Assembly (NCBI GenBank): GCA_963674755.2
Contig: CAXXVS010000002.1
Span: 128,001 to 192,000 of the forward strand
Direction of reading: 5' to 3'
Origin: Desulfobacterales bacterium
Lineage (GTDB): Bacteria > Desulfobacterota > Desulfobacteria > Desulfobacterales > UBA5852
DNA length: 64,000 bases
The notes below the pieces were generated by a model. That model did not search any database. It saw only the letters and a list, made by a program, of their open reading frames with translations, and had not been told where the DNA came from. Both the position numbers and the translations under genes were made by a program. Below are positions 1 to 10,453 of the stretch, in pieces. How positions within the stretch are numbered: position 1 is the first letter of the stretch; each line of letters opens with the position of its first letter.

Positions 1-129
1 GAAGCGCATGACCACCTGGTAGCAGATGATGACCACCATGGCGAGCAGCATGCCCATGGAGAGCAACTCCAACGTCTTCTCCACGGCGGCAAATCCTTTT
101 TTGACGACGGTCAGGATGGCGTGCAGCAT
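1..129 (-). CDS. TRAP transporter small permease DctQ, N-terminus (runs off the window)
   Basis: Hand translation MLHAILTVVKKGFAAVEKTLELLSMGMLLAMVVIICYQVVMRF has the DctQ TM1 and QV..R motif; lies directly downstream of a DctP gene. Confidence 0.8.
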   Translation of the reverse strand, partial: MLHAILTVVKKGFAAVEKTLELLSMGMLLAMVVIICYQVVMRF

Positions 130-201
130 GGCCGTTCCAGTGGCCGGCGGCGTCCGTGGGGCAGGCGGTCCGCCGCCGGCATTGTTGGATTGTGTGTTGG
201 G

Positions 202-1188
202 TTACTGCTGGGAACGGATTTCGTCGATCAGGGCTTTGTGCTTCTTGCCGTAAGTGTCGTAAAGAGGCTGCACGGCCTGAACGAACCCTTCACGGGCCTC
301 GGGCGTCAGTTCGGTGATGACATTGCCGTTGGCGATGACCTTCTTTTTGGAGGCCTCGACGCGTTCGAGCCACTTCTGGATGACGAACTCCTGGGAGTCC
401 TTGGCGGCCTGCTGGACCAGGGCGATCTGCTCCGGGGTCAGCTTCTTGTCGAAGGCGATCTTGGAAGCCACCAAAATTTCCGGCACGCGGGTGTGCATGT
501 CCAGGGTGTAGTATTTGGCGACCTCGTAGTGACCGGTGGACTCGTAGGAAGGCCAGTTGTTTTCGGCCCCGTCGATGACCCCCTTGCTGATGGCGTCGTA
601 CACCTCGCCGAAGGCAATGGGCGTGGCGTTGGCGCCCATGGTGTTGACGAGATCGATCATCAGCTTGCTTTTCTGAACCCGGATTTTGAGCCCTTTGAGA
701 TCGTCGACGGTTTTGATCTCGCGTTTGGAATTGTAAAAGGAGCGGGCCCCGGATTCGTAATAGGCCAGACCGTAGAATTTGTAGTTTTCAACATCCTTGA
801 GCAGTTTCTGGCCGGTGGGGCCGTTGAGCACCTTCCACATGTGGTCCCGGCTGGCCCAGATGTAGGGCAGGCCGAAGGCTTCCAGCGAGGGAACGAATTC
901 GGTCACGGGCGAGATGCTGATGCGGGCCATGTCCAATGCGCCGAACTGGACCTGCTCGACCACTTCCTTCTCTCCCTTGCCCAATTGTCCGCCGTACTTG
1001 ACATCGAGCACGATCTGTCCGCCGGAGCGCTCCTTGACGAGATCGGCGAGTTTGAACAGGCCCTGGGTGGTGGGATAGTCCTGGGGATGAATTTCGGCCA
1101 CCGTCAAGGTGACGGTTTTGGCATAGGCGCCGAACGGCACAAGCAGCAATAACGCTAAAACGAATGCAACAAACCCTCTTTTCTTCAT
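202..1188 (-). CDS. TRAP transporter substrate-binding protein, DctP family
   Basis: Signal peptide MKKRGFVAF, GLKIRVQ and DGAENN motifs; start set at ATG 1188 after SD GGGGAGG. Confidence 0.92.
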   Translation of the reverse strand: MKKRGFVAFVLALLLLVPFGAYAKTVTLTVAEIHPQDYPTTQGLFKLADLVKERSGGQIVLDVKYGGQLGKGEKEVVEQVQFGALDMARISISPVTEFVPSLEAFGLPYIWASRDHMWKVLNGPTGQKLLKDVENYKFYGLAYYESGARSFYNSKREIKTVDDLKGLKIRVQKSKLMIDLVNTMGANATPIAFGEVYDAISKGVIDGAENNWPSYESTGHYEVAKYYTLDMHTRVPEILVASKIAFDKKLTPEQIALVQQAAKDSQEFVIQKWLERVEASKKKVIANGNVITELTPEAREGFVQAVQPLYDTYGKKHKALIDEIRSQQ

Positions 1189-1336
1189 GTCAACCTCCCC
1201 CACGTTTGAGTTGGTGCGGTGCAATGGGACACTTTCCCAAGCGTCCTTATGAATTGACATCAACAGGTGCGGCATCCCGTAGAATGCAGAGAATCGACAG
1301 GGTTGCGGCAAAATGGTGTGCGCCAGCTTTTCAATG

Positions 1337-1361
1337 ACTTAATTCAATGACTAAATAAAGT
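1337..1361. promoter_or_regulatory. Candidate ROK (XylR-type) operator
   Basis: 25-bp imperfect palindrome ACTTAATTCAATGACTAAATAAAGT between the divergent TRAP and ROK genes. Confidence 0.6.
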
Positions 1362-1532
1362 CGATGGAAATGCCATAATATACTGAATTCCGTTTGTCAA
1401 TTATTTTTAGAAATATCTTTGAATGAGAGTGAACGCTATATAACAAATTAAAATAAAAGAAAAATATCATTTTTAAGCGCGGTGGGATGGCGATCAAAAT
1501 ATTTAAGTTGACTTACAAATGGATGCTCTTTA

Positions 1533-1557
1533 TATAATTTCAGTTACCGAAATAAGT
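1533..1557. promoter_or_regulatory. Second candidate ROK operator overlapping a TATAAT box
   Basis: TATAATTTCAGTTACCGAAATAAGT, same length and symmetry as the site at 1337; TTGACT upstream at 1508. Confidence 0.55.
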
Positions 1558-1593
1558 TTGTTTTTTTATGCTGAAAACAAGGCTTTTGATATT

Positions 1594-2805
1594 ATGACAG
1601 CCGCCAATCGCGATTTAATTCGTGCCATCAATCGGTTCAACATCCTGAATGCAATCCGTTCCGACGGCCGTCTTTCCCGGACCGACATTGCCCGGCATAC
1701 CGGCCTGAGCCAGGCCTCGGTCACGGGCATCACCGCCGAATTGATCGAAGAGGGATTGTTAAAAGAAACCGCCATGGGGGCTTCCGAGGGGGGGCGGCGG
1801 CCGGTCCTGCTGGCCCTCGATCCCGCCGGCGCCGGTGCGTTGGGCGTCTATCTGTCCATATCCCAGATCAGCGTCGTCATTATTGATTTCGAGGCCACTG
1901 TCAAAGCCGCCTACCATATGCCGTTGGAAAAGCCGTATTACGCTCCGAAAGAACTGGTGGAAAAAACCGTCCAGGCCATCCAGGCCTGCATGTGGGAGGG
2001 CAATTTTTCCAAAGACCGCATTGCCGGAGTGGGGGTGGCCGTTCCGGGGTTGGTGGATTCCCAGACCGGCAAGGTGCGCTTCCTGCCCAATTATCAATGG
2101 TCGGAAGTCCATCTGCGGGATATGCTGCAGTCCGAAATCGACCATCCCACCTACATCGATAACAGCGCCAACACCCTGACCATTTCCGAACAATGGTTCG
2201 GCGAGGGGCGCGGCCTCGATAATTTCGCTCTGATCACCCTGGAGCATGGCATCGGCATGGGGCTGGTCATCAACGGTCAGCTTTTCAGGGGCGACAAGGG
2301 GATTGCCGGCGAAGTGGGACATTTGACCATCGACCCCCGGGGGCCTGTCTGCCGCTGCGGGCGTCGCGGCTGCCTGGAAGCGTTGGCGGGCAACTACGCC
2401 ATCCTGCGCGACGCCTGCCAGGCTGCGCAGGATGGGCTCTGGTCGCCGCCGGATCCTGACCATATCGCCATCGAAACGGTACTGGCCGCCGCCCAGGCCG
2501 GCGAGCCGGTCTTACGGCGAATTTATGCCGAAGCGGGCCGGGTACTGGGGACGGCGGTGGCCAACCTGGCCAAAATCCTGAACCCGGGTAAGATTTTCGT
2601 TTCCGGCCGCGGCACAGCGGCCGGCGCCATGCTGTTCGACTCGATGTTCGCCATAATGCCGGATACCATTTCCGACAAGCTGGAAAGCGATCCGGAGGTG
2701 ATCGTCAAGCCCTGGGGCGAGACCGATTATGCCCGGGGGGCCGGCGTGCTCGTTCTCCAGGAAATCTACAAACATCCGGTCAGCCGCATGATGCCGCTGA
2801 TCTAA
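1594..2805 (+). CDS. ROK family transcriptional regulator (XylR/NagC-like)
   Basis: N-terminal HTH (LSRTDIARHTGLSQASV), GGRRP, AGEVGH and CRCGRRGCLE motifs. Confidence 0.93.
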   Translation: MTAANRDLIRAINRFNILNAIRSDGRLSRTDIARHTGLSQASVTGITAELIEEGLLKETAMGASEGGRRPVLLALDPAGAGALGVYLSISQISVVIIDFEATVKAAYHMPLEKPYYAPKELVEKTVQAIQACMWEGNFSKDRIAGVGVAVPGLVDSQTGKVRFLPNYQWSEVHLRDMLQSEIDHPTYIDNSANTLTISEQWFGEGRGLDNFALITLEHGIGMGLVINGQLFRGDKGIAGEVGHLTIDPRGPVCRCGRRGCLEALAGNYAILRDACQAAQDGLWSPPDPDHIAIETVLAAAQAGEPVLRRIYAEAGRVLGTAVANLAKILNPGKIFVSGRGTAAGAMLFDSMFAIMPDTISDKLESDPEVIVKPWGETDYARGAGVLVLQEIYKHPVSRMMPLI

Positions 2806-2860
2806 GGTCTGGCGCGCCGGCGGTCTCCCTGCCGGACCGTGTCGACCCAACAGGGAGGTT

Positions 2861-3199
2861 ATGATGGGTATCCTCAAAGAAGCCGAAGTCAGACCGCAAC
2901 CGATCGCACCGGGCCGCACGCGCTATCTGGCCCATACCGACCAGCTGATGATGGTGGTGATCGATTTTAGCGACGGACCGTCCGAAGCACCCGATCCCCC
3001 TCATTCCCATCCCCACGAGCAGATTTCCTATGTGGTGTCCGGTGAAGTCCTCTTCTTTCTGGACGGCGTTCCCACCCGGCTCGGCCCCGGCGACATCTAC
3101 ACCGTGCCGCCGGACGTGCCCCATTCAATCCAATTGCTGACGCCCACCGTCCGCCTGGTGGACACGTTTCATCCATTGCGTGAGGATTTCCTGGCCTAA
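2861..3199 (+). CDS. kdgF: Cupin protein, KdgF-like
   Basis: HSHPHEQISYV and PPDVPH cupin motifs, 112 aa, SD GGGAGG, kdu/kdg context. Confidence 0.75.
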   Translation: MMGILKEAEVRPQPIAPGRTRYLAHTDQLMMVVIDFSDGPSEAPDPPHSHPHEQISYVVSGEVLFFLDGVPTRLGPGDIYTVPPDVPHSIQLLTPTVRLVDTFHPLREDFLA

Positions 3200-3625
3200 C
3201 CCGTCCTATTCGCAATGTCCCCATTCATCTCGTCGGGCGATGTTGCGAACACACGGAAGCAAAAGAAGACGCCCGTGTCGCACGACCCATGCGGGGCATA
3301 GGCGTCGTCGCGGGACAAAGGGAAATTAGAAAACCAACGGCTTGGAATCGTTTTCAAACCGCTTTCAACGGAGCTATTGGGGACTTCCCGCAAAACGCGA
3401 GGGGCTCACCTGTCGCACATGGCCGGTCTGCCGTGACGGCCTCACCCTGCCTTTATTTCTACAATCAGGACGGCAAAGCCGGTCCCTCTGCGAACCCCAT
3501 TCTATCGACGGCTTTTTCCTTTACATGGTCACTCCCTTGTGCCGGCAAGCGTGAGGCGCATCACGATTTACTGGCGCTATAATTTTCTTGACAAGGGGCC
3601 GGTCCATCCCTTATCAGAAACCATT

Positions 3626-3653
3626 ATACGAAACGCAGTTTCATAATATGGAA
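3626..3653. promoter_or_regulatory. Candidate IclR/KdgR operator (overlapping palindromes)
   Basis: ATACGAAACGCAGTTTCATAA (KdgR-box-like) overlaps TTTCATAATATGGAA just upstream of the IclR gene; TTGACA at 3588. Confidence 0.55.
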
Positions 3654-3664
3654 TATACGACCTT

Positions 3665-4480
3665 ATGCCGCCAACCACAGCCCATCCTGCCCCACGGCCC
3701 AAAAATATGGTGCAGGCCATCGAACGGGCCGCAGAAATTCTGGAGATCCTGGGCCGCTCGCCCCAGGGATTGAGCATCGGCGAGATCGCCGCCCAGTCGG
3801 GTCTGGCCAAGGGTACGGCCCACCGCTTGCTGGCCTCTCTCGCGCATTTTGATTACGTCCGGCAGGACGGCCGTACGCGGCACTATCAATTGGGATTCAA
3901 GCTGGTGGAGTTGGGCAATCGCCTGCTGAACAAGATCGATCTGCGGGATGACGCCCGTCCATTTCTCATGGCCCTGGCCGAAGAGGTGCAGGAAACCGTT
4001 CATCTGGTGGTGCGCGACCGCGATGAGGCCCTCTATATCGACAAGGTGGCCCTGCATCCCAAACGCTCGGGGTTGCAGATGGTCTCCCACATCGGTTCGC
4101 GAACCGCCCTGCACAGCTCGGCGGTGGGAAAAGTCCTGCTATCGGCCCTGTCCGAAGAAGACGTCGCCGAAATCATTGCGCGGCGTGGATTGTCCCGCCA
4201 CACCGACAAAACCATCACGGACCGCACCAAGCTCAAGGAGCACTTGGGCGAGGTACGACGAAAGGGCTTCGCCATCGACGACGAGGAAAACGAAAAGGGG
4301 ATCCGCTGCGTGGGAGCCCCCATTCGTGATGCGGTGGGCAGGGTCGTGGCCGCCGTGAGCGTTTCCGGACCGACGGCGCGGGTGACCAAGGCCCGGGTTT
4401 CCAAATCGCTGCAGCGGCAGGTTTGTGCCGCCGCCTTGACTATTTCCAGACAGCTCGGGTTTAGCGGGGAGATGTCATGA
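3665..4480 (+). CDS. IclR family transcriptional regulator (KdgR-like)
   Basis: VQAIERA HTH region, LHSSAVGK and DEENEKGIRCVG motifs. Confidence 0.93.
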   Translation: MPPTTAHPAPRPKNMVQAIERAAEILEILGRSPQGLSIGEIAAQSGLAKGTAHRLLASLAHFDYVRQDGRTRHYQLGFKLVELGNRLLNKIDLRDDARPFLMALAEEVQETVHLVVRDRDEALYIDKVALHPKRSGLQMVSHIGSRTALHSSAVGKVLLSALSEEDVAEIIARRGLSRHTDKTITDRTKLKEHLGEVRRKGFAIDDEENEKGIRCVGAPIRDAVGRVVAAVSVSGPTARVTKARVSKSLQRQVCAAALTISRQLGFSGEMS

Positions 4481-5127
4481 ACACGTCCCTCAACGCCATA
4501 TTGGCCAGGCGGTTGATCCCGGTTGTGACGCTGGAGGATGCGGCAGTCGCCGATCCCCTGGCGGAGGCACTGGTGGCGGGAGGTCTGCCCGTGGCGGAGA
4601 TTACCCTGCGATCGCCGGCGGCCATCGAGGCCATAGCGGCCATGGCCCGCCGGGGGGATGTGATCGTCGGGGCCGGGACCGTGCTTACGGTCAGGCAGGT
4701 GCAACAGGCCCTGGAGGCGGGGGCCCAATTCATGGTGTCCCCGGGATTCAACCCGGAGATGGTCCGGTATTGTCTCGATTGGCAAATACCGGTTCTGCCC
4801 GGCGTCAGTACGCCCACCGAGATTCAAGCGGCCTTGCGCCACGGTGTCGACACCCTGAAGTTCTTTCCGGCCGAAGCCTTCGGCGGTTGCCGGACCCTCA
4901 AGGCGCTGGGCGCACCTTACCCCACAGTGCGGTTCGTTCCCACGGGCGGGATCACGGCCGACAACCTGGCCGGTTATCTGCAGCTTCCCCAGGTGGCGGC
5001 CTGCGGTGCCAGTTGGGTGGCTTCAGGCGATCTGGTGGCAGCGGGGCAGTTTGAAGCCATACGCGAACGGGTGGTCGCGGCCCTGAAGATCGTCGACGAG
5101 GTCGGCGTGGGGGCGGCCCCCTCATGA
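4477..5127 (+). CDS. eda: KDPG/KHG aldolase
   Basis: EITLRS, VGAGTV, LKFFPA and FVPTGG motifs. Confidence 0.95.
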   Translation: MNTSLNAILARRLIPVVTLEDAAVADPLAEALVAGGLPVAEITLRSPAAIEAIAAMARRGDVIVGAGTVLTVRQVQQALEAGAQFMVSPGFNPEMVRYCLDWQIPVLPGVSTPTEIQAALRHGVDTLKFFPAEAFGGCRTLKALGAPYPTVRFVPTGGITADNLAGYLQLPQVAACGASWVASGDLVAAGQFEAIRERVVAALKIVDEVGVGAAPS

Positions 5128-6140
5128 GGCGGAGTGCTATGCAGCCGGATATCGTTGCCCTGGGAGAACCGTTGATCGAATTCAGTGCGGCGGCATCGGG
5201 CGCTCTGGTGGACGGGGCGCCGTTTGTGGCCGGCTGCGGCGGCGATACGTGCAACTTCGTCGTGGCCGTGAGCCGTCTGGGCGGCCGGGCCGGCTACATT
5301 GCCCGGATCGGCGACGACCCGTTTACCGGCCTGCTGCGACACCGGTGGGAACAAGAGGGGGTGGATGCGACGTATGTCGGGGTCGATCCGTCGGCCCGCA
5401 CCGGGATCTACTTCATCACTCGGGAAAACAATGCGCATACCTTTACCTATTACCGCAAGGATTCCGCCGCCAGCCGCATCACCCCGGATGATCTGCCGCA
5501 AGACTATATTCGCAAGGCCCGCTGGCTGCATGTATCCGGCATCAGCCAGGCCATCAGCGAAACGGCTGCGGCGGCCGTGGACAAAGCCATCACCATTGCG
5601 CGCGAAGCCCGAACCATCGTCTCCTATGATCCGAATTTGCGCCTGAAATTGTGGGCCCTGTCCCAGGCCCGGGAGATCATCCACCGCACAGCCTCCCGTG
5701 TCGACGTCCTCCTGCCGAGCTACGAGGATGCCTGCCAGTTGACCGGTCTTCAGGATCCGGAGCAAATCGTGCGGACCTATCTGGCGATGGGGCCTGCGAC
5801 CGTGGTTTTGAAAATGGGGGCCGGGGGGGCTCTGCTTGGCGAGCAGAGCCCCCAGGGAGAGAACCCGGTCTTCACACGGGTGGCCGGTTGTCCGGTGGCG
5901 ACTGTCGATGCCTCGGGGGCCGGCGATTCTTTCGACGCGGCGTTTGCCGTCAGCTGCCTGGCCGGACAGCCGCCGGTGGCGTGTGTGCGGTTTGCCAACG
6001 CGGCCGGGGCCCTGGTGACGACCGGTATCGGAACCATTGCCCCCATACCGGACCGGGAGGCCGTGCAGGCGCTGATGGAGGGGCAGGGGCCGGCAACGAA
6101 TCAACCCCTAACGGGCGAAGCGGCCCGTGGCAAACCATAG
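5124..6140 (+). CDS. kdgK: 2-keto-3-deoxygluconate kinase, PfkB family (alternative start 5139)
   Basis: GGDTCN, YDPNLR and DASGAGDSF motifs; coupled to eda by an ATGA overlap. Confidence 0.88.
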   Translation: MRRSAMQPDIVALGEPLIEFSAAASGALVDGAPFVAGCGGDTCNFVVAVSRLGGRAGYIARIGDDPFTGLLRHRWEQEGVDATYVGVDPSARTGIYFITRENNAHTFTYYRKDSAASRITPDDLPQDYIRKARWLHVSGISQAISETAAAAVDKAITIAREARTIVSYDPNLRLKLWALSQAREIIHRTASRVDVLLPSYEDACQLTGLQDPEQIVRTYLAMGPATVVLKMGAGGALLGEQSPQGENPVFTRVAGCPVATVDASGAGDSFDAAFAVSCLAGQPPVACVRFANAAGALVTTGIGTIAPIPDREAVQALMEGQGPATNQPLTGEAARGKP

Positions 6141-6246
6141 AGCCGATCCCGGATACCGGCGGCATCCGACCGCTGTGTCAAGCGGTATGGGTAGACTTCC
6201 GGCGGACGGATCAAACACGCAACGTTAACTTCCGAGGAGGTGGACC

Positions 6247-7254
6247 ATGCAAAGGCGGACATTGACAATTTGGCTGATGGCAGTCGCGCTCATAACGGTT
6301 TTCGCAATGGGTGCGGACACCGTTCTGGCCCAAACCTATGTGTTCAAATACGCCAACACCCAATCCGAAAACCATCCCCGCAGCCAGTCGATGGTCTTTT
6401 TCAAAAACATGCTGGAAAAGGCTTCCGGCGGTCGGATCACGGTGGAACTCTATTTTTCAGGCGTGCTCGGAAAGGAGGCCGAGGTTTTGGACATGGTCAA
6501 GCTCGGCACCGTCCAGGGTTGCCGCGGCGGACTGTTCGAACGGGCCAACAAGAAATACCTCATGTACACTTTGCCCTTCTTATTCGAAAACGCCGACAAG
6601 GTCGTAGCGGTTATGCGCAGCGACCTGGGCCAGGCCATCAACAAAGGCGCTCTGGCCAACGGGTTTTACATTCCGGCCACCGGCGTGGCCGGCGGTATGC
6701 GCAACATTACCAACAGCAAGCGGCCCATTGCCACCGTCGCCGATCTGAAAGGCCTCAAGATGCGGACCCCGCCCATCGATGTCACCATCCGGACCTTTAA
6801 GGCCCTGGGCGCCAATCCCCAGCAAGTGGCCTATACCGAGACCTACATGGCCCTCAAGACGGGCGTCGTGGACGGGCAGGAAAACCCGTTCTCCAACGTG
6901 GTGGACATGAAATTCTACGAAGCCCAGAAATATCTCTCGGTCGTCAACTGGCAGGTGCACCCGGATCCCTTCTACGTCAATCCGGCCTGGTACAACGCCC
7001 TGCCGGATGATCTCAAGGCGCTTTTCGACGCCGTGGCCGAAGCCACCATGATCTACAGCGACACCATCTGGCTAAACAGCGAACAGAAGTATTTCAATAT
7101 TCTGAAGGAAAAGCTGGAAGTGAATTTCCTCGCACCCGAGGCGCGCAAGGGTTTTGTCAAAGGCGTCAAGGGCGTGTGGCAGTACTATGTGGACGAAGGC
7201 TACTTTACCATGGATGAAGTCAATCAGGCTCTGGCCATTGCGGCCAAGATGTAG
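6247..7254 (+). CDS. TRAP substrate-binding protein DctP
   Basis: Signal peptide, GLKMRT and VDGQENP motifs. Confidence 0.92.
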   Translation: MQRRTLTIWLMAVALITVFAMGADTVLAQTYVFKYANTQSENHPRSQSMVFFKNMLEKASGGRITVELYFSGVLGKEAEVLDMVKLGTVQGCRGGLFERANKKYLMYTLPFLFENADKVVAVMRSDLGQAINKGALANGFYIPATGVAGGMRNITNSKRPIATVADLKGLKMRTPPIDVTIRTFKALGANPQQVAYTETYMALKTGVVDGQENPFSNVVDMKFYEAQKYLSVVNWQVHPDPFYVNPAWYNALPDDLKALFDAVAEATMIYSDTIWLNSEQKYFNILKEKLEVNFLAPEARKGFVKGVKGVWQYYVDEGYFTMDEVNQALAIAAKM

Positions 7255-7344
7255 TCCGCCTGACGGCTGGGCAGAGACCTGCCCGAGGACGTGACACCCG
7301 GCGCCGGACCTCCACCGGGAGGGCGGCGCCGGTCTCCCCTAACC

Positions 7345-7866
7345 ATGCCCATCGCCAGCGAGGTGCGCGTGCAACGGTTGACCGCTTGGGAAAAACAACT
7401 CGACCGCCTTCTCGAGACGGTCGTGACCCTGATGTTTTTCAGCATTCTGGTATTGACGATCCTGCTCGTGATCATGCGCTACGGGTTCAATTCGTCCATC
7501 ATCGGCGGCAACGAGGCCATGGAATACCTGTTTATCTACACCACGGCCCTGGGGGCCGCCGTGTCCGTGGGCAAAGGCACCCACATCCGCATATCCTTTC
7601 TGGTGGACCAGCTCAAGGGAACGCCGAAGCGTTGTGTGGATACGGTGGGTTATCTGCTGGTCGCATTTATCAATGTGATCATGATTTACTACAGCGCGCC
7701 CTGGATACGTTCGGCCGGCTATTTCGAATCGCCGGTGCTGCGCATCCCCAACTGGCTGGTCCAGATCAGCGTGCCCCTGGGTTGCAGCCTGGTGATTCTC
7801 TACTGTTTGAACCATGTCGTTCTCACGTGGACCGGACCTCCTGAGACAGCTACGGGTGAACGATGA
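7345..7866 (+). CDS. TRAP small permease DctQ (start uncertain)
   Basis: Four TM segments, HIRI motif, lies between dctP and dctM. Confidence 0.85.
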   Translation: MPIASEVRVQRLTAWEKQLDRLLETVVTLMFFSILVLTILLVIMRYGFNSSIIGGNEAMEYLFIYTTALGAAVSVGKGTHIRISFLVDQLKGTPKRCVDTVGYLLVAFINVIMIYYSAPWIRSAGYFESPVLRIPNWLVQISVPLGCSLVILYCLNHVVLTWTGPPETATGER

Positions 7867-9140
7867 TTATCCTGCTTGCCAGCCTCACGGTCTTCCTAAT
7901 TTTGGGCATCCCCATCGCCTATGCGCTGGGGTTGTCCGGCTTTTGTTATTTTTCCCTGGTGCACCCGGAACTGATCTCGATTCTGCCCCAGCGGTTCCTG
8001 GCCGGCATGGACTCCTATGCCATGATCGCCCTGCCGCTGTTTATCCTGATGGGGTTGTTGATGAACGCCGGCGGCATCACCACCCGTCTGATCGATTTCA
8101 GCCTGATCTTCGTGGGACGTCTGCGGGGCGGTTTAGGCGCGGTCAACGTTTTTGCCAGCATGGTGTTTGGCGGCATCTCCGGATCGTCGGTTTCCGACAC
8201 CGCTTCGGTAGGGGCCGTCCTCATTCCGGAAATGCAGAAGAAAGGCTACTCCCCCGAGTTTGCCGCCGGCATTACCGTGGCCTCCTCCACCATGGGGATG
8301 ATCATCCCGCCCAGCGTGCCCATGATCATTTACGCCCTGGTATCGGAGGAATCCGTCGGAAAATTGTTCTTAGGCAGCCTGATTCCGGGGCTTATGATCG
8401 GTGTGCTCATGCTGGGCATTACGATCTGCGTCTCATACTGGCGCAACTATCCCCGGGAAGAGGTGCGGCTTTCCACTCAACAGAAACTGGCCCGAACCCG
8501 TCAGTCGATCCTGGCGCTGATCATGCCGGTGTTCGTGGTGGGAGCCGTGGTCTTCGGGATCGCCACGGCCACCGAGTCGGCCGGAATCGGCGTGCTGTAT
8601 GCTTTTATCATCGGGGCCTTTGTCATTCGCGATCTCAAATTCAGGGCCATCCCGCCGCTGATGCGGGATGCCATCATGACCAGCGCCAATGTCATGATTA
8701 TTATCGCCTTGTCGAAGCTCTACATTTGGATCCTGGCCCTCGAGCGCATCCCCCAGCTGGTGGCCGTCTTTATTTCTGGTCTGGACCTGCCGGTGGTGGT
8801 CATCCTGTTTTTCATTGATATTATCATTCTGGCCACCGGTACCTTTGTGGATGTCAGCCCGGCCATTCTGCTGCTCACCCCCGTGTTTCTGCCGAGCATG
8901 GCGGCCCTGGGGGTCTCCCGCATTCAATTCGGGGTGATCCTCATTTCCGGTCTGGCCGTCGGTCTGGTAACGCCCCCTGTGGGGATGTGTCTGAATGTGG
9001 CTTCGGCCATTTCCAAGCTCGGCATCGGGAAAATTTTTCGCGGTGCCCTGCCGTTTCTGCTGGCCAACCTGACTACCCTGCTGGCGATCACCTATCTGCC
9101 CCAGTTGAGCATGTGGTTGCCGGCCTTGTTTTTTGAGTAG
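7863..9140 (+). CDS. TRAP large permease DctM
   Basis: GISGSSVSD, IIPPSVPMI and TPPVG motifs. Confidence 0.95.
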   Translation: MIILLASLTVFLILGIPIAYALGLSGFCYFSLVHPELISILPQRFLAGMDSYAMIALPLFILMGLLMNAGGITTRLIDFSLIFVGRLRGGLGAVNVFASMVFGGISGSSVSDTASVGAVLIPEMQKKGYSPEFAAGITVASSTMGMIIPPSVPMIIYALVSEESVGKLFLGSLIPGLMIGVLMLGITICVSYWRNYPREEVRLSTQQKLARTRQSILALIMPVFVVGAVVFGIATATESAGIGVLYAFIIGAFVIRDLKFRAIPPLMRDAIMTSANVMIIIALSKLYIWILALERIPQLVAVFISGLDLPVVVILFFIDIIILATGTFVDVSPAILLLTPVFLPSMAALGVSRIQFGVILISGLAVGLVTPPVGMCLNVASAISKLGIGKIFRGALPFLLANLTTLLAITYLPQLSMWLPALFFE

Positions 9141-9204
9141 CAATGATCTCCGCGTTTTGAGATAATGTCCAAACGTTAAAACGCCTTATGGAAAGAGGGA
9201 AAAA

Positions 9205-10038
9205 ATGATGGAAATTCGACAGGCCGTTCATCCTGAACATGCCGCCATGTTTGCAACCGAAGACTTGCGAGCCCACTTCCTCATCGAGGATCTCTTCCGG
9301 CCGGGAGAGACCCGGATGGTCTACAGCTATTACGATCGGTTGATTGTGGCGGGCGTCGTGCCCCAGGACAAGTTGGAGCTCGCTGTGGACGAGAAGATCA
9401 TCGGCGCCTCCCATCTTCTCGAGCGCCGCGAGATGGGCATCATCAACATCGGCGGCGAAGGGACCCTTACCGTGGACGGTACGGACTACCCCATGGCCCC
9501 GCGGGACGGGCTCTACGTCGGCATGGGCCGCCGGGAGATTATTTTCCGGAGTGCGGATGCCGCCCGTCCGGCCAAGTTTTATGTCAACTGCGCTCCGGCC
9601 CACAAGACCTACCCCACCGTCAAGGTCGCTTTTGCCGAAGCGGATCCCATCCATCTGGGAGAGATGGAGAACAGCAACAAACGCACGATCCGCAAATATT
9701 TTCACCCCGAGGGCGTGCGCAGCTGCCAGCTGGTGATGGGCATGACCACCCTGGAGAAGGGATGCGTCTGGAACACCATGCCGGTTCATACCCACCCCCG
9801 CCGCATGGAAGCCTACCTCTACTTCGACATGGCCGAAGACAATGTGGTGTTTCATTTCATGGGCGAGCCCGCGGAAACCCGGCATCTGGTGGTGCGCAAC
9901 GAACAGGCGGTGCTTTCCCCCAGCTGGTCGATCCACTCCGGTTCAGGCACGGGCAGTTACACCTTTATCTGGGGCATGGTGGGGGAGAACCAGACGTTTA
10001 CGGATATGGATGGGGTGGCGATGACCGACCTCCGGTGA
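9205..10038 (+). CDS. kduI: 5-keto-4-deoxyuronate isomerase
   Basis: LERREMGIINIGG, WNTMPVHTHPRRMEAY and SPSWSIHSG motifs. Confidence 0.97.
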   Translation: MMEIRQAVHPEHAAMFATEDLRAHFLIEDLFRPGETRMVYSYYDRLIVAGVVPQDKLELAVDEKIIGASHLLERREMGIINIGGEGTLTVDGTDYPMAPRDGLYVGMGRREIIFRSADAARPAKFYVNCAPAHKTYPTVKVAFAEADPIHLGEMENSNKRTIRKYFHPEGVRSCQLVMGMTTLEKGCVWNTMPVHTHPRRMEAYLYFDMAEDNVVFHFMGEPAETRHLVVRNEQAVLSPSWSIHSGSGTGSYTFIWGMVGENQTFTDMDGVAMTDLR

Positions 10039-10445
10039 GCCGGCTGGGATGGCGTCTTTCGGCCCCCGGCGGCGTTCTCGCCCCTTTGCCGTCCTCGACG
10101 CAGCCGGGCTGCGCCTGCGGGGTCAAAAGGGGCTGCGGCCTTGCCGGAGACCGAAATCCACCACCCCAGCCGGCTCACGGGTGGTGGTAATGGCGGCGAC
10201 ATCTTTCGGTCCCCGGGGGCCTTTTCGCCCCTTTGCCGTCCTCGAGGCAGCCGGGCTGCGCCTGCGGGGTCAAAAGGGGCTGCGGCCTTGCCGGAGACCG
10301 AAATCCACCACCCCAGCCGGCTCACGGGTAGTGGTAATGGCGATGGCATCTTTCGGCCCCCGGGGGCCTTTTCGCCCCTTTGCTGTCCTCGAGGCAGCCG
10401 GGCTGCGCCTGCGGGGTCAAAGGGGGCTGCGGCCTTGTTGGAGAA
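10035..10445. repeat. Three tandem ~147-bp palindromic (ERIC-like core) repeat units
   Basis: TCTTTCGG recurs at 10055, 10202 and 10349 (period 147); first unit is bounded by the inverted repeat GTGAGCCGGCTGGG/CCCAGCCGGCTCAC. Confidence 0.9.
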
Positions 10446-10453
10446 CAGAATCT

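Noticed and set aside
10035..10445. CRISPR array
   Set aside because: The units are 147 bp and nearly identical throughout, with no unique spacers and no cas genes.
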